64,000 nucleotides of DNA, taken from contig CAVRIM010000004.1 of the NCBI GenBank assembly GCA_963721255.1, positions 81,190 through 145,189 on the forward strand, read 5' to 3'. This stretch comes from an uncultured Actinomycetes bacterium. GTDB lineage: Bacteria; Actinomycetota; Thermoleophilia; Solirubrobacterales; Solirubrobacteraceae. The position numbers and the translations under genes were made by a program. This document shows positions 50,968 to 61,554 of this stretch, one piece after another. The notes beneath the pieces are model-generated. The model was not told where the DNA came from. It saw nothing but the letters and a program-made list of their open reading frames with translations, and made no database searches. How positions within the stretch are numbered: position 1 is the stretch's first letter; each line of letters begins with the position of its first letter.

Positions 50968-51836
50968 TCAGCAGCGCGCCCGCGTGCTGAGGCGGCGGAC
51001 ATCGACGTGACCGACGACCCAGCGCGCGAGGGTCGTGAGGTTGCGCAGGCCGGTGTCGTGGCTGCCGCTGGCCGGACGTGAGGCGAGCGTCACGGCCAGC
51101 TGCCGGTCCTGCACGGTGATGACGCCCATCTGGCGGTCGATGTAGCCGCCGTTCACCCCCGGCAGCGTTCCGGGACCCCACCCGCCCTTGAGCTGTGCGG
51201 CGACACCTGCGGCGCCCAGACCCCAGCGCTGGCCCGCGACGACCTGGCCCATCAGGCGGAGTACCTGCCTTCCGGCGGTGGTGCAGCTCATCCCGGCCGT
51301 GAATCGCGCCTGGTTCCCGAGGGTCCAGGTCGTCTGCCCGAAGGGCGTGAACGCAGCACGCAGCCGCCGCGACTCGATGCGCGTCTGCCGGTCGCCCGCG
51401 GCACGAAGCTGGGCGTCGGCGGCCCGGGCGGCTGTCCGGCCACTCCCGAGGCTGCGCCAGAGGCGCTCCGCCGCTGCGTTATCCGACGCGGTGATCGCCT
51501 GGACGAGGTCCTGCCGCTGTGCCCGCCCTTGGCCGGCGGCGATCACGGCCATCGCTATCGGCACCTTGCTCGTCGACCACGCGACCGCCGAGCGCAGCGA
51601 ACCCAGCGCTTCGACTCGCTGTCCCCGGCCGAGCGGCGAGACCGCGACACCAACCGGGCCGCCAAGCGAGCGCTGCGAGACGCGCGAAGCTGTCGGCGTC
51701 CCGCGACGACAGCAGGTCCGCTGACGATGCGGCGGTGGCCGATGACGGCGACGTCCCCGCGCCGATCAGGGCGAGAGCGGCGAACCAGCGCGACGCCGCC
51801 GGACCGGCACAGCTGTGAGCTCGTGGGGATCCTCAT
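50968..51836 (-). CDS. class A beta-lactamase-like serine hydrolase, frame interrupted twice (~51790, ~51690)
   Basis: ORF 50968-51564 with its upstream extension: LGGPVGVAVSPLG...AVAWSTSKVPIAMAVI (SxxK), ITASDNAAAE (SDN), LKGGWGPG (KTG-like). The signal-peptide pieces MRIPTSS... and WFAALALIGAGTSPSSATAASS lie in the other two frames. Confidence 0.7.
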
Positions 51837-51979
51837 GGAACGGATTCTCCCGTCCTGCGAACGCCGATACTGCGGCGAAAACCTGCAACTGCACTGCGGT
51901 GCGGCACGGATGAAGCACGGCGGGTGGCGACCTACGGTGGGAGTCACCCCACCAGTGGAGATCTGTTCATGACGACGAG

Positions 51980-52829
51980 TTGCGTGTCCCGTTTCACCCG
52001 CGCCTGCCTCTGGCCCTGTTGATTGCCGTCGCCGCGCCGGCGGCGGCGAGTGCCGTGGCGCTGCCGTGCCAGGTCCCCGAGACCGATCGTCACACGATCG
52101 ACGAGGATCAACCTCGACACGGACCGCGCGAAGGAGCTCGTCGACGTCTTCAACTTCGACGGAGCCGCAACGCCGGTGACCGAGCTGATGGTCTGCAACT
52201 CCGTGCAAGGGGCAGCTCGTGCGCGCGAGTCTCAAGCCGATCTGGGGCCCCAGTCCCGGGAGCCGCGAGAGCGGGCTGCGCGCGGCGTGGGTCGGAGACC
52301 TCGACCGCGCCGACGGCCGCGTCGAGGTCGCGGCGCGCAACCTCATCACCCCCTCCGCCGGCGAGGAGCTCGTGATCCTGCGGCAGTCGAGCACACGGCC
52401 GCTGAGCTTCGCGCGCCTGCAGACGATCGCCGCGGACACGGTCACGATGACGCGCCCCGCGGGAAGGCCGCCTACATCACGGCATCTGTGAAGGCGACGC
52501 ACGCAAGCGACGGCAAGTCCCACAGCGAACGCTGGACCTACAGCTCCGCGCGTCGCCGCTGGTCGTGCACAAAGAACTGCTTCGGCCGTCCCGAGTACAC
52601 GATGACGGCGTGCAACGCCGACGTACAAGGTCAGCTCGGCACGGCGGCCAGGGGGATCCGCGTGCTCGGGATGTCCTGCGCGAAGGCAAGGCGCATCATC
52701 GCCAAGTGGATGGCAAAGCCGAGCCTCACGACGGTCGAAGGGTTCCGGATCACCGCCCCGCAGCGGTACCGCGTGCTGGGCAGGTCAGGAACGCAGGCGT
52801 TCTGGTTCGCACTGTCCGGAACGGACTGA
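51980..52829 (+). CDS. hypothetical secreted protein, frame interrupted about 3 times (~52112, ~52212, ~52460)
   Basis: TTG 51980 gives MRVPFHPRLPLALLIAVAAPAAASA.... Then INLDTDRAKELVDVFNFDGAATPVTELMVCNSVQG (52023 frame), then QLVRASLKPIWGPSPGSRESGLRAAWVGDLD...DTVTMTR (ORF 52219-52491), then PRGKAAYITASVKATHASDGKSH...FWFALSGTD*. The start is uncertain. Confidence 0.5.
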
Positions 52830-52855
52830 CGAAGCCGACGTGGGAGGCTCGATAC

Positions 52856-53835
52856 GTGCGCATCCTGCTCCTCGTCGCGGCGCTCGCCCTGGTCCCGCTG
52901 GTCCCCGCACAGGCCGGCGCCACCACGACGATCGGCACGAACCTGAGCCGCGTCCCCGACGATCGCATGGTCGACTGCACCACCCTGCCGATCTACGGCG
53001 TCCCGACCTACCAGACCACCTGCACCTGGTACAGCACGATCAGCAGCACCGAGAACCACATCGTGCCGGAGGGGGTGGGCGTGATCACCCGCGCCAGGGT
53101 CCGCGTGGGCAGGACCACGGGCCTGATGCAGTTCGCGGTCGGGCGTGCGCAGGTGGACCGCAACAAGCCGATCGGCCAGCAACTCCTGTGCTGCGTGTGG
53201 CGTGCTTCGGGACCCACGTTCACCCCGGCTCCGAACTCGATCACGGAGGTCACGCTCAACGAGCCGGTCGAGCACGTGCGCGACTTCCAGAGCAACCAGG
53301 ACCTGTTCGACAACCTCGCGCTGTCCATCCTGGAGCCCGGCGTGCCGATTCCGGCCGCCCCCACGGTGAGCGGGATCGGCAGCACCTCGACGGGCGGCGC
53401 CTGCTGGCCGGCGGTGCAGCTCGGCAACACCTACTGCATGCCCGGCGGCCCGGGGAACTACGCCGTGCTCTTCAACGCCGACTGGGAGCTGAACCTGAGC
53501 AACAGCGTCAGGCTCGCCGCACAGATCGGCGCTGGTACGAAACAACGCGGCGCTGGTGCCGCTCATCTGCAGGCTCGTGCAGGAGTGCGCCGGACTCCTG
53601 CGGCTCCAGAACGCCAAGGCCCCGGGGGCGGCGGCCGCGCGCCAAGACCGTCACCTACGGCAGCGCCCGCTTCAAGATCGCCGCCGGCAAGACCAAGAGC
53701 GTCAAGGTCAAGCTCGGCACGACGGGCCGTCGGCTGCTGCGCAAGCACCGGAAGGTCAAGGTGTGGGCCAACAGCACCGTCGGGAGCGGAACGGCACAGC
53801 GGGTCGTCAGCGCACAGCTCACGCTCAAGCGCTGA
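52856..53835 (+). CDS. hypothetical secreted protein, frame interrupted twice (~53532, ~53640)
   Basis: GGGAGG, then GTG 52856. VRILLLVAALALVPLVPAQA... (52565 frame), then VRNNAALVPLICRLVQECAGLLRLQNAKAPG (53556 frame), then AKTVTYGSARFKIAAGKTKSVKVKLGTTGRRLLRKHRKVKVWANSTV...LTLKR* (52840 frame). Confidence 0.55.
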
Positions 53836-53859
53836 GCCGCCCCGGGATGGCCGCCGCCG

Positions 53860-54963
53860 TCAGCGAACCATGAGTTCGGCCGACCAGCGGTTCAGCACCT
53901 GTCCGGCGTCCTTGGCGCTGTTCAGGTAACGCCCGCGAACCTTCACCCGGTCACCCGAAGTCTTTGACTCGAGAATGTCGCAGGCGTCCTTCATCGACGT
54001 CACGCTCGCGCCCTCGATGCTCGTCACGAGGTCACCGAAGATGATGTTCGCCTTCTGCGCCGTGGAGCCGGTATCGCTTCCCAGAACGAACATCCCGTCG
54101 ATTCCGGATCGCTCGAGCGTCGCCTGCGTCTCCGCGCCGAGCCGCGCGCGCCCACTGGCCTTCCAGTCCGGGTCGCTCGCGAACACATCGGCCACCGGCA
54201 CGCTCGCAAGCGGCGCAAGGCTCCAGCCGATGTAGGCACTGTCCTTCCCGGCTGTCAACGACGGCAGGAACCGCTTGGCGTGGTTGATCGAGATCGCGTA
54301 GTACTGGCCCTGCACCGCGCGGTTGTTCTGCTCGGTGTTCGCGAGCGTGTTGATGCCGACGAGCTTGCCGTCGTCGTCGACGAGCGCGCCGCCCGAGTTG
54401 CCCGGGTTCACCGGCGCCTGATGCTGGATCGTCGACGCATACCGCGGCAACGACGGGTCGGGCTCAGCCGCCACGTCGGTCGAGGAGACGGTCCCGTCGG
54501 TCGCGACGACACGCTGCTGTTCGGGATTCTCGAACGACACCGGATAGCCCAGCGCCGTCACGTGCTGCCCGAGCTTGACCTTCGACGAGTCGCCGAGCGC
54601 GAGCGCCTTGAGCCCCGGGGTCCGCTCACTGAAGGCGATGACCGCGAGATCCTCGCACGGTGCCTGGGCAACCACGCGCGCCGGGCCCTCCGTCGCCGCC
54701 CGGTCCCCGGCCTTCGCACGCAATGCGGACGCACCGGCGATCACGTGCGCGTTCGTGAGCACGTAGCCACGCTTGGCGTCGATCACGACGCCCGTACCCG
54801 ACGATGTGCTGTCACCAACGCGGCCTGTGATCTGCACGACACTTGGGCGAACCTGAGCGATGATCTGCTCCTCGGAGAGCTTGTCGCTCCCGCCGCAGGC
54901 GGCGAGCGGTGCTGCCAGAATCACAGTCACGCTCACGAGGATGCGAGACGACGGGCGCTGCAT
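53860..54963 (-). CDS. HtrA/DegP-family trypsin-like serine protease with PDZ domain (lipoprotein signal)
   Basis: ORF 53860-54963, intact. AAPLAACGGS; GYVLTNAHVI (His); NPGNSGGALVD (Ser); C-terminal PDZ-like region. Confidence 0.88.
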   Translation of the reverse strand: MQRPSSRILVSVTVILAAPLAACGGSDKLSEEQIIAQVRPSVVQITGRVGDSTSSGTGVVIDAKRGYVLTNAHVIAGASALRAKAGDRAATEGPARVVAQAPCEDLAVIAFSERTPGLKALALGDSSKVKLGQHVTALGYPVSFENPEQQRVVATDGTVSSTDVAAEPDPSLPRYASTIQHQAPVNPGNSGGALVDDDGKLVGINTLANTEQNNRAVQGQYYAISINHAKRFLPSLTAGKDSAYIGWSLAPLASVPVADVFASDPDWKASGRARLGAETQATLERSGIDGMFVLGSDTGSTAQKANIIFGDLVTSIEGASVTSMKDACDILESKTSGDRVKVRGRYLNSAKDAGQVLNRWSAELMVR

Positions 54964-55074
54964 CGGGGACCTCCTCTGGGGAACCGAGCAAGGATCACGT
55001 GCCTCCGCGCTCCCCGCATCGCGGGTTTCCCCCAGACGGAGTCCGCCGAAAGCCGCGGCAAAGCGTAGGCTCCG

Positions 55075-56436
55075 GTGATGTCAAACGATCCGGGTGACCG
55101 TCTCCGGCTCGCCGGGATCGCGGTGCTCGCCATGCTCGCGGGCGTTCTGGTCGCGGCACCGGCCGGAGCGGCGACGCCGAGCGTCATCGGCACGGTCGCC
55201 GGCAAGGTGCCGTCCGCCTCGCGCGCGGCAACCGAGATCCGGGCGATCGAGCTCGGTGGCGCCCGGTTGGCCGCGACGGCGACGGTGAGCGCGTCCGGGG
55301 CGTTCCGGCTGCCGCTGCCGCCCGGCGGGTACCTCCTGGACGTGAACATCACCCCGCGGCACGGGCACGCGAGCGCGGCGCTGAGCACGATCGTCCCGGT
55401 GTCGGTCGCGGCAGGACAGCGACGGCGCGGGCTGCGGATCTCCAAGCCCGCGGCGAGGCGCGCCGCGGCGGCCGCCCCGTACGCACGGGCGGCCCACTCG
55501 CAGGAGAGCGGCGCGATCACGCCCGGGCGGATCGCGTTCTCGGTCGAGAACTTCTCCGGAGCGACCGGGGACTTGAGCGTCTTCAACCGCGGGCTGACGG
55601 CGATGCTCGAGACCGACCTTGTGAGCACCCCGTGCCGCACGAGCGAGGTCGCCAACTCCGCTGACCGCGTCCTCGTCCAGCAGGAGCTCCGGCTCCAGCG
55701 GTCCAGGTACTTCGATCCGGCAACGCGGGTGAGGCGCAACTTCGTGATCCCCGACATCGTCGTCCGGGGGCGCCTGCAGTCGCGCGGTGAGAACCTCGGC
55801 TACACGCTGACGCTCACCGATTCGCGGACCGGCACGACGCTGGAGACGCTTGCGGGGACCATGTCCGGCAGTGACCTGTTCGGCGCCGAGCAGCAGCTCG
55901 CCACGCGGCTCGCCCGACGGATCTGCGCGTACGGCGAGGTCTTCGAGGTCACGTTCACGGGAACCGGGACGGGGCGCTTCGCGACGCATTCGGCGACCGG
56001 CGTGCTCGGTGCCGAGGCGATCGTCGCCAAGCCGAAGGCGCGCGACGCCGGGGGCGCGACGTCGTGGGAAGGCTCGGCCCCGCTCAGCTGGACGAACGTG
56101 ACCACGATCAGCACGACCGACTGCAGCTACCGCGACCCGCTGTCCGGGGGCACATGGACGGCGAAGCTCGAGCGCGCCGGGGAGACGATGCGCGTCCAAT
56201 GGCTCGCCGACGGCGGAACGACCGGAACGGCGACCGTGGCGTGCCCGAGCGACCGGGGCGAGGTGCTCATCCCCGGCCAGCCCACGACCTCGCTGATCGG
56301 CAGCACGCCGGGAACCTTCATCCTGCCATCCACGGCACGGCAACCGATCACCGGCGGACTGCAGGATCAGGGCTACGGCTGGGACAACACGCTGGAACTG
56401 AAGATCCGCACGATCAAGGTGCAGCCACTCAGCTAG
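55075..56436 (+). CDS. hypothetical secreted protein: CarboxypepD_reg-like N-domain, CsgG/LpoB-like middle domain, unknown C-domain
   Basis: ORF 55075-56436, intact. Signal; GTVAGKVP...GAFRLPLPPGGYLLDV; IAFSVENFSGATGDLSVFNRGLTAMLETDLV...IVVRGRLQSRGENLGYTLTLTDSRTG. Domain names are guessed from sequence pattern. Confidence 0.65.
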   Translation: MMSNDPGDRLRLAGIAVLAMLAGVLVAAPAGAATPSVIGTVAGKVPSASRAATEIRAIELGGARLAATATVSASGAFRLPLPPGGYLLDVNITPRHGHASAALSTIVPVSVAAGQRRRGLRISKPAARRAAAAAPYARAAHSQESGAITPGRIAFSVENFSGATGDLSVFNRGLTAMLETDLVSTPCRTSEVANSADRVLVQQELRLQRSRYFDPATRVRRNFVIPDIVVRGRLQSRGENLGYTLTLTDSRTGTTLETLAGTMSGSDLFGAEQQLATRLARRICAYGEVFEVTFTGTGTGRFATHSATGVLGAEAIVAKPKARDAGGATSWEGSAPLSWTNVTTISTTDCSYRDPLSGGTWTAKLERAGETMRVQWLADGGTTGTATVACPSDRGEVLIPGQPTTSLIGSTPGTFILPSTARQPITGGLQDQGYGWDNTLELKIRTIKVQPLS

Positions 56437-56624
56437 GCGGGAGCGGGCTCCAGCACAAGCACCGAGTTCCAAGGCGACTCGGCGGGCAATACCGAGATCA
56501 CGTGTTCCACCCAGCACCCGGTCGTCCAGGCGAGGAAGGCGTCACGAGCACGGTCTGGACGGGAGATCGCGGGTTTATCCCGATGATCGCTGACGGCGAA
56601 GCGTTCACGCTCGGTCAGACCGCC

Positions 56625-57044
56625 ATGGCGCACGTTCTCATCGTCGCTCACCGCACCGCCGCCACGCCCAGGCTGCTCGCTGCCGTCGCGTCGCGGGCGC
56701 ACCGCGGGCCGTGCATGTTCACGCTCCTCGTTCCGCGGCCGTATTGGGATCCCGAGACCAACGAGGCGCACGCGACGCTTGAGCTCGCAATCCCGTTGCT
56801 CGACCGGGCAGCGGGTTCCCACGTCCACGGCCTCGTCGGGCCGACGGACCCGTTCGAGGCCGTTCGAGAACTGTTCGGGCAGGAGCGCATTGACGAGGTG
56901 ATTGTCTCGACGCTGCCGGCGCGCATCTCGCGCTGGCTGCATCTGGATCTCGCGCACCGGATCGAGCGGCTCGGCGTTCCAGTGACAGTCGTGACCGCGG
57001 AGCAGTCGGAACGGGCAGTTGGCTCCATCGCTCCTCAGGGGTGA
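56625..57044 (+). CDS. hypothetical small alpha/beta protein (possibly USP/Rossmann-like)
   Basis: ATG 56625 inside ORF 56064-57044. MAHVLIVAHRTAATPRLLAAVASRAHRGPCMFTLLVPRPYW...IDEVIVSTLPARISRWLHLDLAHRIERLGVPVTVV. Confidence 0.55.
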   Translation: MAHVLIVAHRTAATPRLLAAVASRAHRGPCMFTLLVPRPYWDPETNEAHATLELAIPLLDRAAGSHVHGLVGPTDPFEAVRELFGQERIDEVIVSTLPARISRWLHLDLAHRIERLGVPVTVVTAEQSERAVGSIAPQG

Positions 57045-57057
57045 GGGCGCGAGGGGT

Positions 57058-57600
57058 TCAGGTCTCGTAGGTGGGAATGAGTGTCGCGCGGGCCAGGGTG
57101 TGACCGAACATGTGAAATCCCATCAGGGCCGGTGTGGCGTCCGGGTCGATGCCGAGTCGCTCGACGTCGACCGCGTGGACGGCGAACACGTAGCGGTGCG
57201 GACCGTGACCGGCCGGCGGTGCCGCACCGATGTAGCGTGCGGCGCCGGCATCGCCTCGCAAGGTGATCGCCGCGGCAGGTAGGCCGGGGCTGTCCGGGCC
57301 TCCGGCGCCTACCGGGAGTTCGGTGACCTCGGCTGGGATGTCGGCCACGGCCCAGTGCCAGAAGCCGCTCCCGGTCGGTGCGTCAGGATCGAAGCACGTC
57401 ACCGCGAAGCTCTTGGTCTGCGCCGGGAACCCCGACCAGGACAGCTGCGGGGAGATGTCCTGCCCCCCGGCGCCCATGACGCCGGAAACCTGCGGCGGCG
57501 ATAGCGGCCGCCCGTCCGCGACATCAGCACTCGTCAACGTGAACGATGGAACCTCAGGCAGCACCTCGTAGGGGATCGGGGCCCTTGTGGCAGCAGTCAT
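57058..57600 (-). CDS. YbhB/YbcL-family Raf-kinase-inhibitor-like (PEBP) protein
   Basis: ORF 57058-57600, intact. [36 protein letters not shown]...[15 protein letters not shown]. Confidence 0.88.
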   Translation of the reverse strand: MTAATRAPIPYEVLPEVPSFTLTSADVADGRPLSPPQVSGVMGAGGQDISPQLSWSGFPAQTKSFAVTCFDPDAPTGSGFWHWAVADIPAEVTELPVGAGGPDSPGLPAAAITLRGDAGAARYIGAAPPAGHGPHRYVFAVHAVDVERLGIDPDATPALMGFHMFGHTLARATLIPTYET

Positions 57601-57671
57601 GGCAACTCCTTTGTGGCGCTCGAGTCGGCGTCGAACTCCACGACGCCGAGGACGTATGGGGGGACTGCGGC

Positions 57672-57992
57672 TCAGCTTCCGGGTGGGCGGTATTCGACCG
57701 AGCGCTTGGCGGCGGCGTCGATCTCCTCCGGTGTCAACAGCACGACCGTCTTCACCGTCGCGCCACCACCGGTGTTGACGGCGATCGCGACCGCCGCAGC
57801 GCTCTCGTTGTCGGGAAGATCGACGACCACGTACGCATCGTTGTCGCCGAAGGCGAAGTAGAAGCTCTCGAGCTTGCCCCCAACGCTCTCGGCGACCTTG
57901 GCCACCGCGTCACGCCTACTGCTGCCGCCGGCACTCTGGACGCCCTTCGCGCCCTCGAGGGTGTACGAGGCTTCGAACAGAAACTTGGGCAT
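57672..57992 (-). CDS. GYD domain-containing protein
   Basis: Last 106 aa of ORF 57672-58139, from ATG 57990-57992. [19 protein letters not shown]...[32 protein letters not shown]. Confidence 0.8.
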   Translation of the reverse strand: MPKFLFEASYTLEGAKGVQSAGGSSRRDAVAKVAESVGGKLESFYFAFGDNDAYVVVDLPDNESAAAVAIAVNTGGGATVKTVVLLTPEEIDAAAKRSVEYRPPGS

Positions 57993-58077
57993 GAGCGCGC
58001 CTCCAGACGTTGACGGTTGTCGAGCGACCCTCCCACTCCGCGGCGTGCAAGGCAAACGCACCGTGCCGAGCCAGACT

Positions 58078-58175
58078 GAGCCCGTCAGCAACGGCGCCCT
58101 CCGCCAGCCGTCGGTGGCGATGGACCCCACACCACGCATCAGCCGACCGTCGTGTGACAGCGCTCTTGGATCCGT
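58078..58175 (+). pseudogene. relic of the 3' end of a paralogue of the 39217-40631 gene
   Basis: About 95 nt with roughly 80-85% identity (by eye) to 40479-40575. It encodes EPVSNGALRQPSVAMDPTPR, compared with ELVSAGALRQPSVAMDPTTR. There is no upstream body, and it lies in the gap between the GYD and FHA genes. Confidence 0.5.
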
Positions 58176-58271
58176 TCTGGCTCCTTCTTTTCGTCTCTCA
58201 CGATCACGCCAACGCCGACGAGCGGGCGCTCGGTTTGCACCCCCGTCCGTGCCTGCGTAGAGTCACTCAGG

Positions 58272-59960
58272 ATGTCGCACGAACGCATCGTCGTCGTCAG
58301 CGGGGCGGCAGCGGGCAGCACCTTCGAGGTCGACCACGAATTCGTGGTCGGGCGCGGCGAGAGCGGCATGGGCAATCTCCGCGGCGACTCGGAGATCTCT
58401 CGCCGCCACGCCCGCTTCTACCGGGGTGAGGACGGCCGGCTCCTGATCGAGGATCTCGGCTCGACCAACGGGACGCTCGTCAACGGCCGGACGATCACCG
58501 GGCCGCGACTGCTCGCACCGGGGGACGAGGTGCAGGTCGGCGAGACGGTGTTGCGCTACGAGGCCGCGGCGACGCAGGTCGGCGAGACCGTGATCGGGGC
58601 ACGCCCAGAGGGTGCCGCTGCTGCCCCGCCCCCACCGGTCACGCCATCTGCAGCCCCGGCCCCGCAGCCGGCCGCCGCCGCGCACCCGGAGTCCGGGGCC
58701 CGCCGCCGCGCGCTGCCGGCGCTGATCGCCGTGCTGCTCGTCGCCGCCGCGCTGGTCGGCGCATATCTCATCGGCAAGAACAACGGCGACAGCACCACGT
58801 CGACCACCAGTGCCGCCGTCCCGGCCACGGGTGCCGGGAGCGCGTCCGGCGCCGCCGGGATGGTGTACACCGAGTCCAACGGCGCCGCCGGGAACTCGGT
58901 GATCGCTTTCGCGCGCGCGTCCGACGGCAAGCTGACGCAGGTCCAGTCGATCTCCACCGGCGGCAAGGGCGGTCTGCAGCCGCAGCCGGGCTGTGACCCG
59001 CCGGGCGGCTGCCCGATCCTGGACACCCAGGGTGAGGTCGCGCTGACGAAGGACCGCAAGCTGGTGTTCGCCGTCAACGCCGGGAGTGACACGGTCACCT
59101 CGTTCCGCGTCACGCCGAGCGGCCTGGAGCGAGGCAGCACAGTCAGCTCGGGCGGCAAGTTCCCGAACAGCCTCACGGTCCGTGGGCATCTGCTGTACGT
59201 GCTCAACTCCAACAGCCTCAACATCGCCGGCTACACGTTCTCGGACACGGGCGCCATGACGCCGATATCCGGGTCCAACCAGCCGCTGGTCGGCGGGAAG
59301 GTCCCGACGCTCGCGCGTCAGGTCGGCTTCGACAACACGGGCTCCACGCTCGTGGTGTCGCTGTTCGGCAACCCGATGAAGCCCGCCGGCGCGAAGTCGC
59401 TCAACACGTTCCCGGTCTCCGCGAGCGGCGCGGCGGGTGCGGGCACGGCGTATGACGCGTCGAGCGCGCTGCCCTTCGGGTTCGCGTTCGACCCGGTCCA
59501 CAACAACCTCGTCGTGTCGCAGGTCACCGAGCTGACACCGGGCGCGGGCCAGACCGGGAGCTACCGCCTCTCGGGCGGCGCGCTGACGTCGATCTCGACG
59601 CAGCCCTCCGGCGGCACGGCGCCGTGCTGGGTCGTGATCACGAAGGACGGCAAGTTCGTGTTCGTTGTCAACACGGGTGGCGGTGCGCCGGGCGGCTCGA
59701 GCGTCGCGCGCTATTCGCTGGCGGCCGACGGCACGCTGACCGAGCTCGGCGTCAACAGCCAGTCGAGCTCCGAGTTCGCCAAGACGGACGCGGTCCTCAG
59801 CGAGGACGATAAGTACCTGTACGTGCTCAACCCGTTCGTCATGGGCCAGGACAAGAGCCGGATCGACGAGTACAGGGTGACCAGCTCAGGCGACCTCACC
59901 CTCATGGGCCAGACGCCGTCGAACATGCCGGTGGGCGTCAGCGGCCTCGTCGGCTACTGA
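58272..59960 (+). CDS. FHA domain - TM - extracytoplasmic lactonase-like 7-bladed beta-propeller protein
   Basis: ORF 58272-59960, intact. FHA: FVVGRGES...SRRHARFYRGEDGRLLIEDLGSTNGTLVNGRTI...GDEVQVGETVL. Pro/Ala linker; TM LPALIAVLLVAAALVGAYLI; then repeats such as KLVFAVNAGSDTVTSFRV, HLLYVLNSNSLNIAGYTF, KFVFVVNTGGG...VARYSL, KYLYVLNP. Confidence 0.85.
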   Translation: MSHERIVVVSGAAAGSTFEVDHEFVVGRGESGMGNLRGDSEISRRHARFYRGEDGRLLIEDLGSTNGTLVNGRTITGPRLLAPGDEVQVGETVLRYEAAATQVGETVIGARPEGAAAAPPPPVTPSAAPAPQPAAAAHPESGARRRALPALIAVLLVAAALVGAYLIGKNNGDSTTSTTSAAVPATGAGSASGAAGMVYTESNGAAGNSVIAFARASDGKLTQVQSISTGGKGGLQPQPGCDPPGGCPILDTQGEVALTKDRKLVFAVNAGSDTVTSFRVTPSGLERGSTVSSGGKFPNSLTVRGHLLYVLNSNSLNIAGYTFSDTGAMTPISGSNQPLVGGKVPTLARQVGFDNTGSTLVVSLFGNPMKPAGAKSLNTFPVSASGAAGAGTAYDASSALPFGFAFDPVHNNLVVSQVTELTPGAGQTGSYRLSGGALTSISTQPSGGTAPCWVVITKDGKFVFVVNTGGGAPGGSSVARYSLAADGTLTELGVNSQSSSEFAKTDAVLSEDDKYLYVLNPFVMGQDKSRIDEYRVTSSGDLTLMGQTPSNMPVGVSGLVGY

Positions 59961-59992
59961 TATGGAGGGTGGTCCGGGTGGCCGCGCGGCCG

Positions 59993-61554
59993 TCAGTGCC
60001 CGGCGCCCTCCGTGGGGAACTTCAGATCCTCCCCACGGATGAGCACGACCGTCGAGATCGCCCCGATCAGGGCGACGGCACCGGCCACGATGAGGATCTC
60101 CTGTAGGCCTGCCACATAGCTCACGTGTGCGGCGTCGATGAGCGCGAGGCGCGTGCTCTCGTCGGGCACGGTGGCGGCGACACTCTGCGTGAGTCCGCCC
60201 GAGATCGCGTCCGCGATATCGGTGGTGTTCCCGCCCAGCGTCGTCCCAGCCAGCGAAGACTGGACGTCCGTGCGCACGCTGTGCTGGAGCAGGGTCCCCA
60301 GTACGGCGATCCCGGCTGTCTGCCCCACCTCGCGGAAGGTGTTGTTGATGCCCGAGGCGATGCCGCCCTGTGACGGCGGGACCACGCCGAGCGACGCCGC
60401 GGCCATGATCGGGTTCACGATCCCGGTCCCCCATCCGCCGAGGATCATCCCGGGGATGATCGCCGTCCAGGTCGAGCTCGAGTCCAGCACGAACGTCATG
60501 GACAGCGAGCCCGCGGCGATCAGCACGAGGCCGAACGTCAGGGTGATCCGCGGGGACACCTTCTCCGCGATCGCGCCGGCGATGGGTGCGACGGACAGCG
60601 CAGCCCCGGTGAAGACGACGAGGCGCAGGCCGGCGCCGATCGGCGAGTACCCGAGGATCGACTGGAACCAGACCGTCAGGAAGAACAGGAGCGTGATCGA
60701 CGCGAACGACATCGTGAACGCGGCCGAGTTCGCGCCGACGAACGTGCGGTTCCGGAACAGGCTGAGGTCGAGCATCGGCTGTCTGCGGCGCGTCTCGATG
60801 ACGATGAAGGCGATGAAGAGGACGACCGACCCGCCAAAGCATCCGAGGATCAGCGGGCTGGTCCAGCCCGCGGTGTTGCCGCGGATCGTCGCGTAGATCG
60901 CCAGGAACATCGCGCCGGAGAACGTCACGACGCCGGGGAAGTCGACCCGCGTCGGGCGGCCGGGGATGTTCACGAGCTTTCGCTGGATGACGATGAAGTG
61001 ACGATCCCGATCGGGAGGTTGACGTAGAAGACGGCCTCCCAGCCGAAGGCGTCGGTGAGCAGGCCGCCGACGATCGGCCCGAGCGCGACCGCGACGCCGC
61101 TCGCAGCGCCGAACGCGGCATATGCCACGCCGCGCTCCTGCGGCGGGAACTCCTGCACGATCAACGCGAGCGCGGTCGCGAACATGACCGCGGCACCGAT
61201 GCCCTGCACCGCGCGGGCGATGTCCAGGAACACGGCGTCGGGTGCCTGGGCGCACGCGACCGAGGCGACGGTGAAGATGACCAGCCCGATCACGAGCAGG
61301 CGTTTGTGCCCGAAGATGTCGCCCAGCGAGCCCGCCGTGAGCAGCGCCACGGAGAGGGTCAGCGTGTACGCGTCGACCACCCACTGCAGCTCCTCGAACG
61401 ACGGATTCAGCGCGTCCGCGATCGACGGCCGCGCCACGGCCACGATCGTCACGTCGAGCAGCAGCATGAACGAGCAGACGACGACCGCCGCGAGCGTCCA
61501 CCACTTGCGGTTGCCCGATTCCGCGGCGAGCAGCGCCACGGGCTGGCTGAACAC
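59993..61554 (-). CDS. DHA2-type (14-TMS, EmrB/QacA-like) MFS transporter module, frame interrupted once (~60997); apparently continuous with the upstream tandem-FHA module
   Basis: ORF 60970-61881 frame gives NRKWWTLAAVVVCSFMLLLDVTIVAVARPSIADAL...LTAGSLGDIFGHKRLL...NLPIGIV. ORF 59993-61504 gives FIVIQRKLVNIPGRPTRVDFPG...SLFRNRTFVGANSAAF...LGGWGTGIVNPIM.... An independent GTG start at 61552-61554 is possible. Confidence 0.85.

Noticed and set aside
55081-56517. 478-aa minus-strand ORF
   Set aside because: It is antisense to the intact 55075-56436 secreted-protein gene, extremely Arg/Gly/Pro-rich, and has no recognisable motif.
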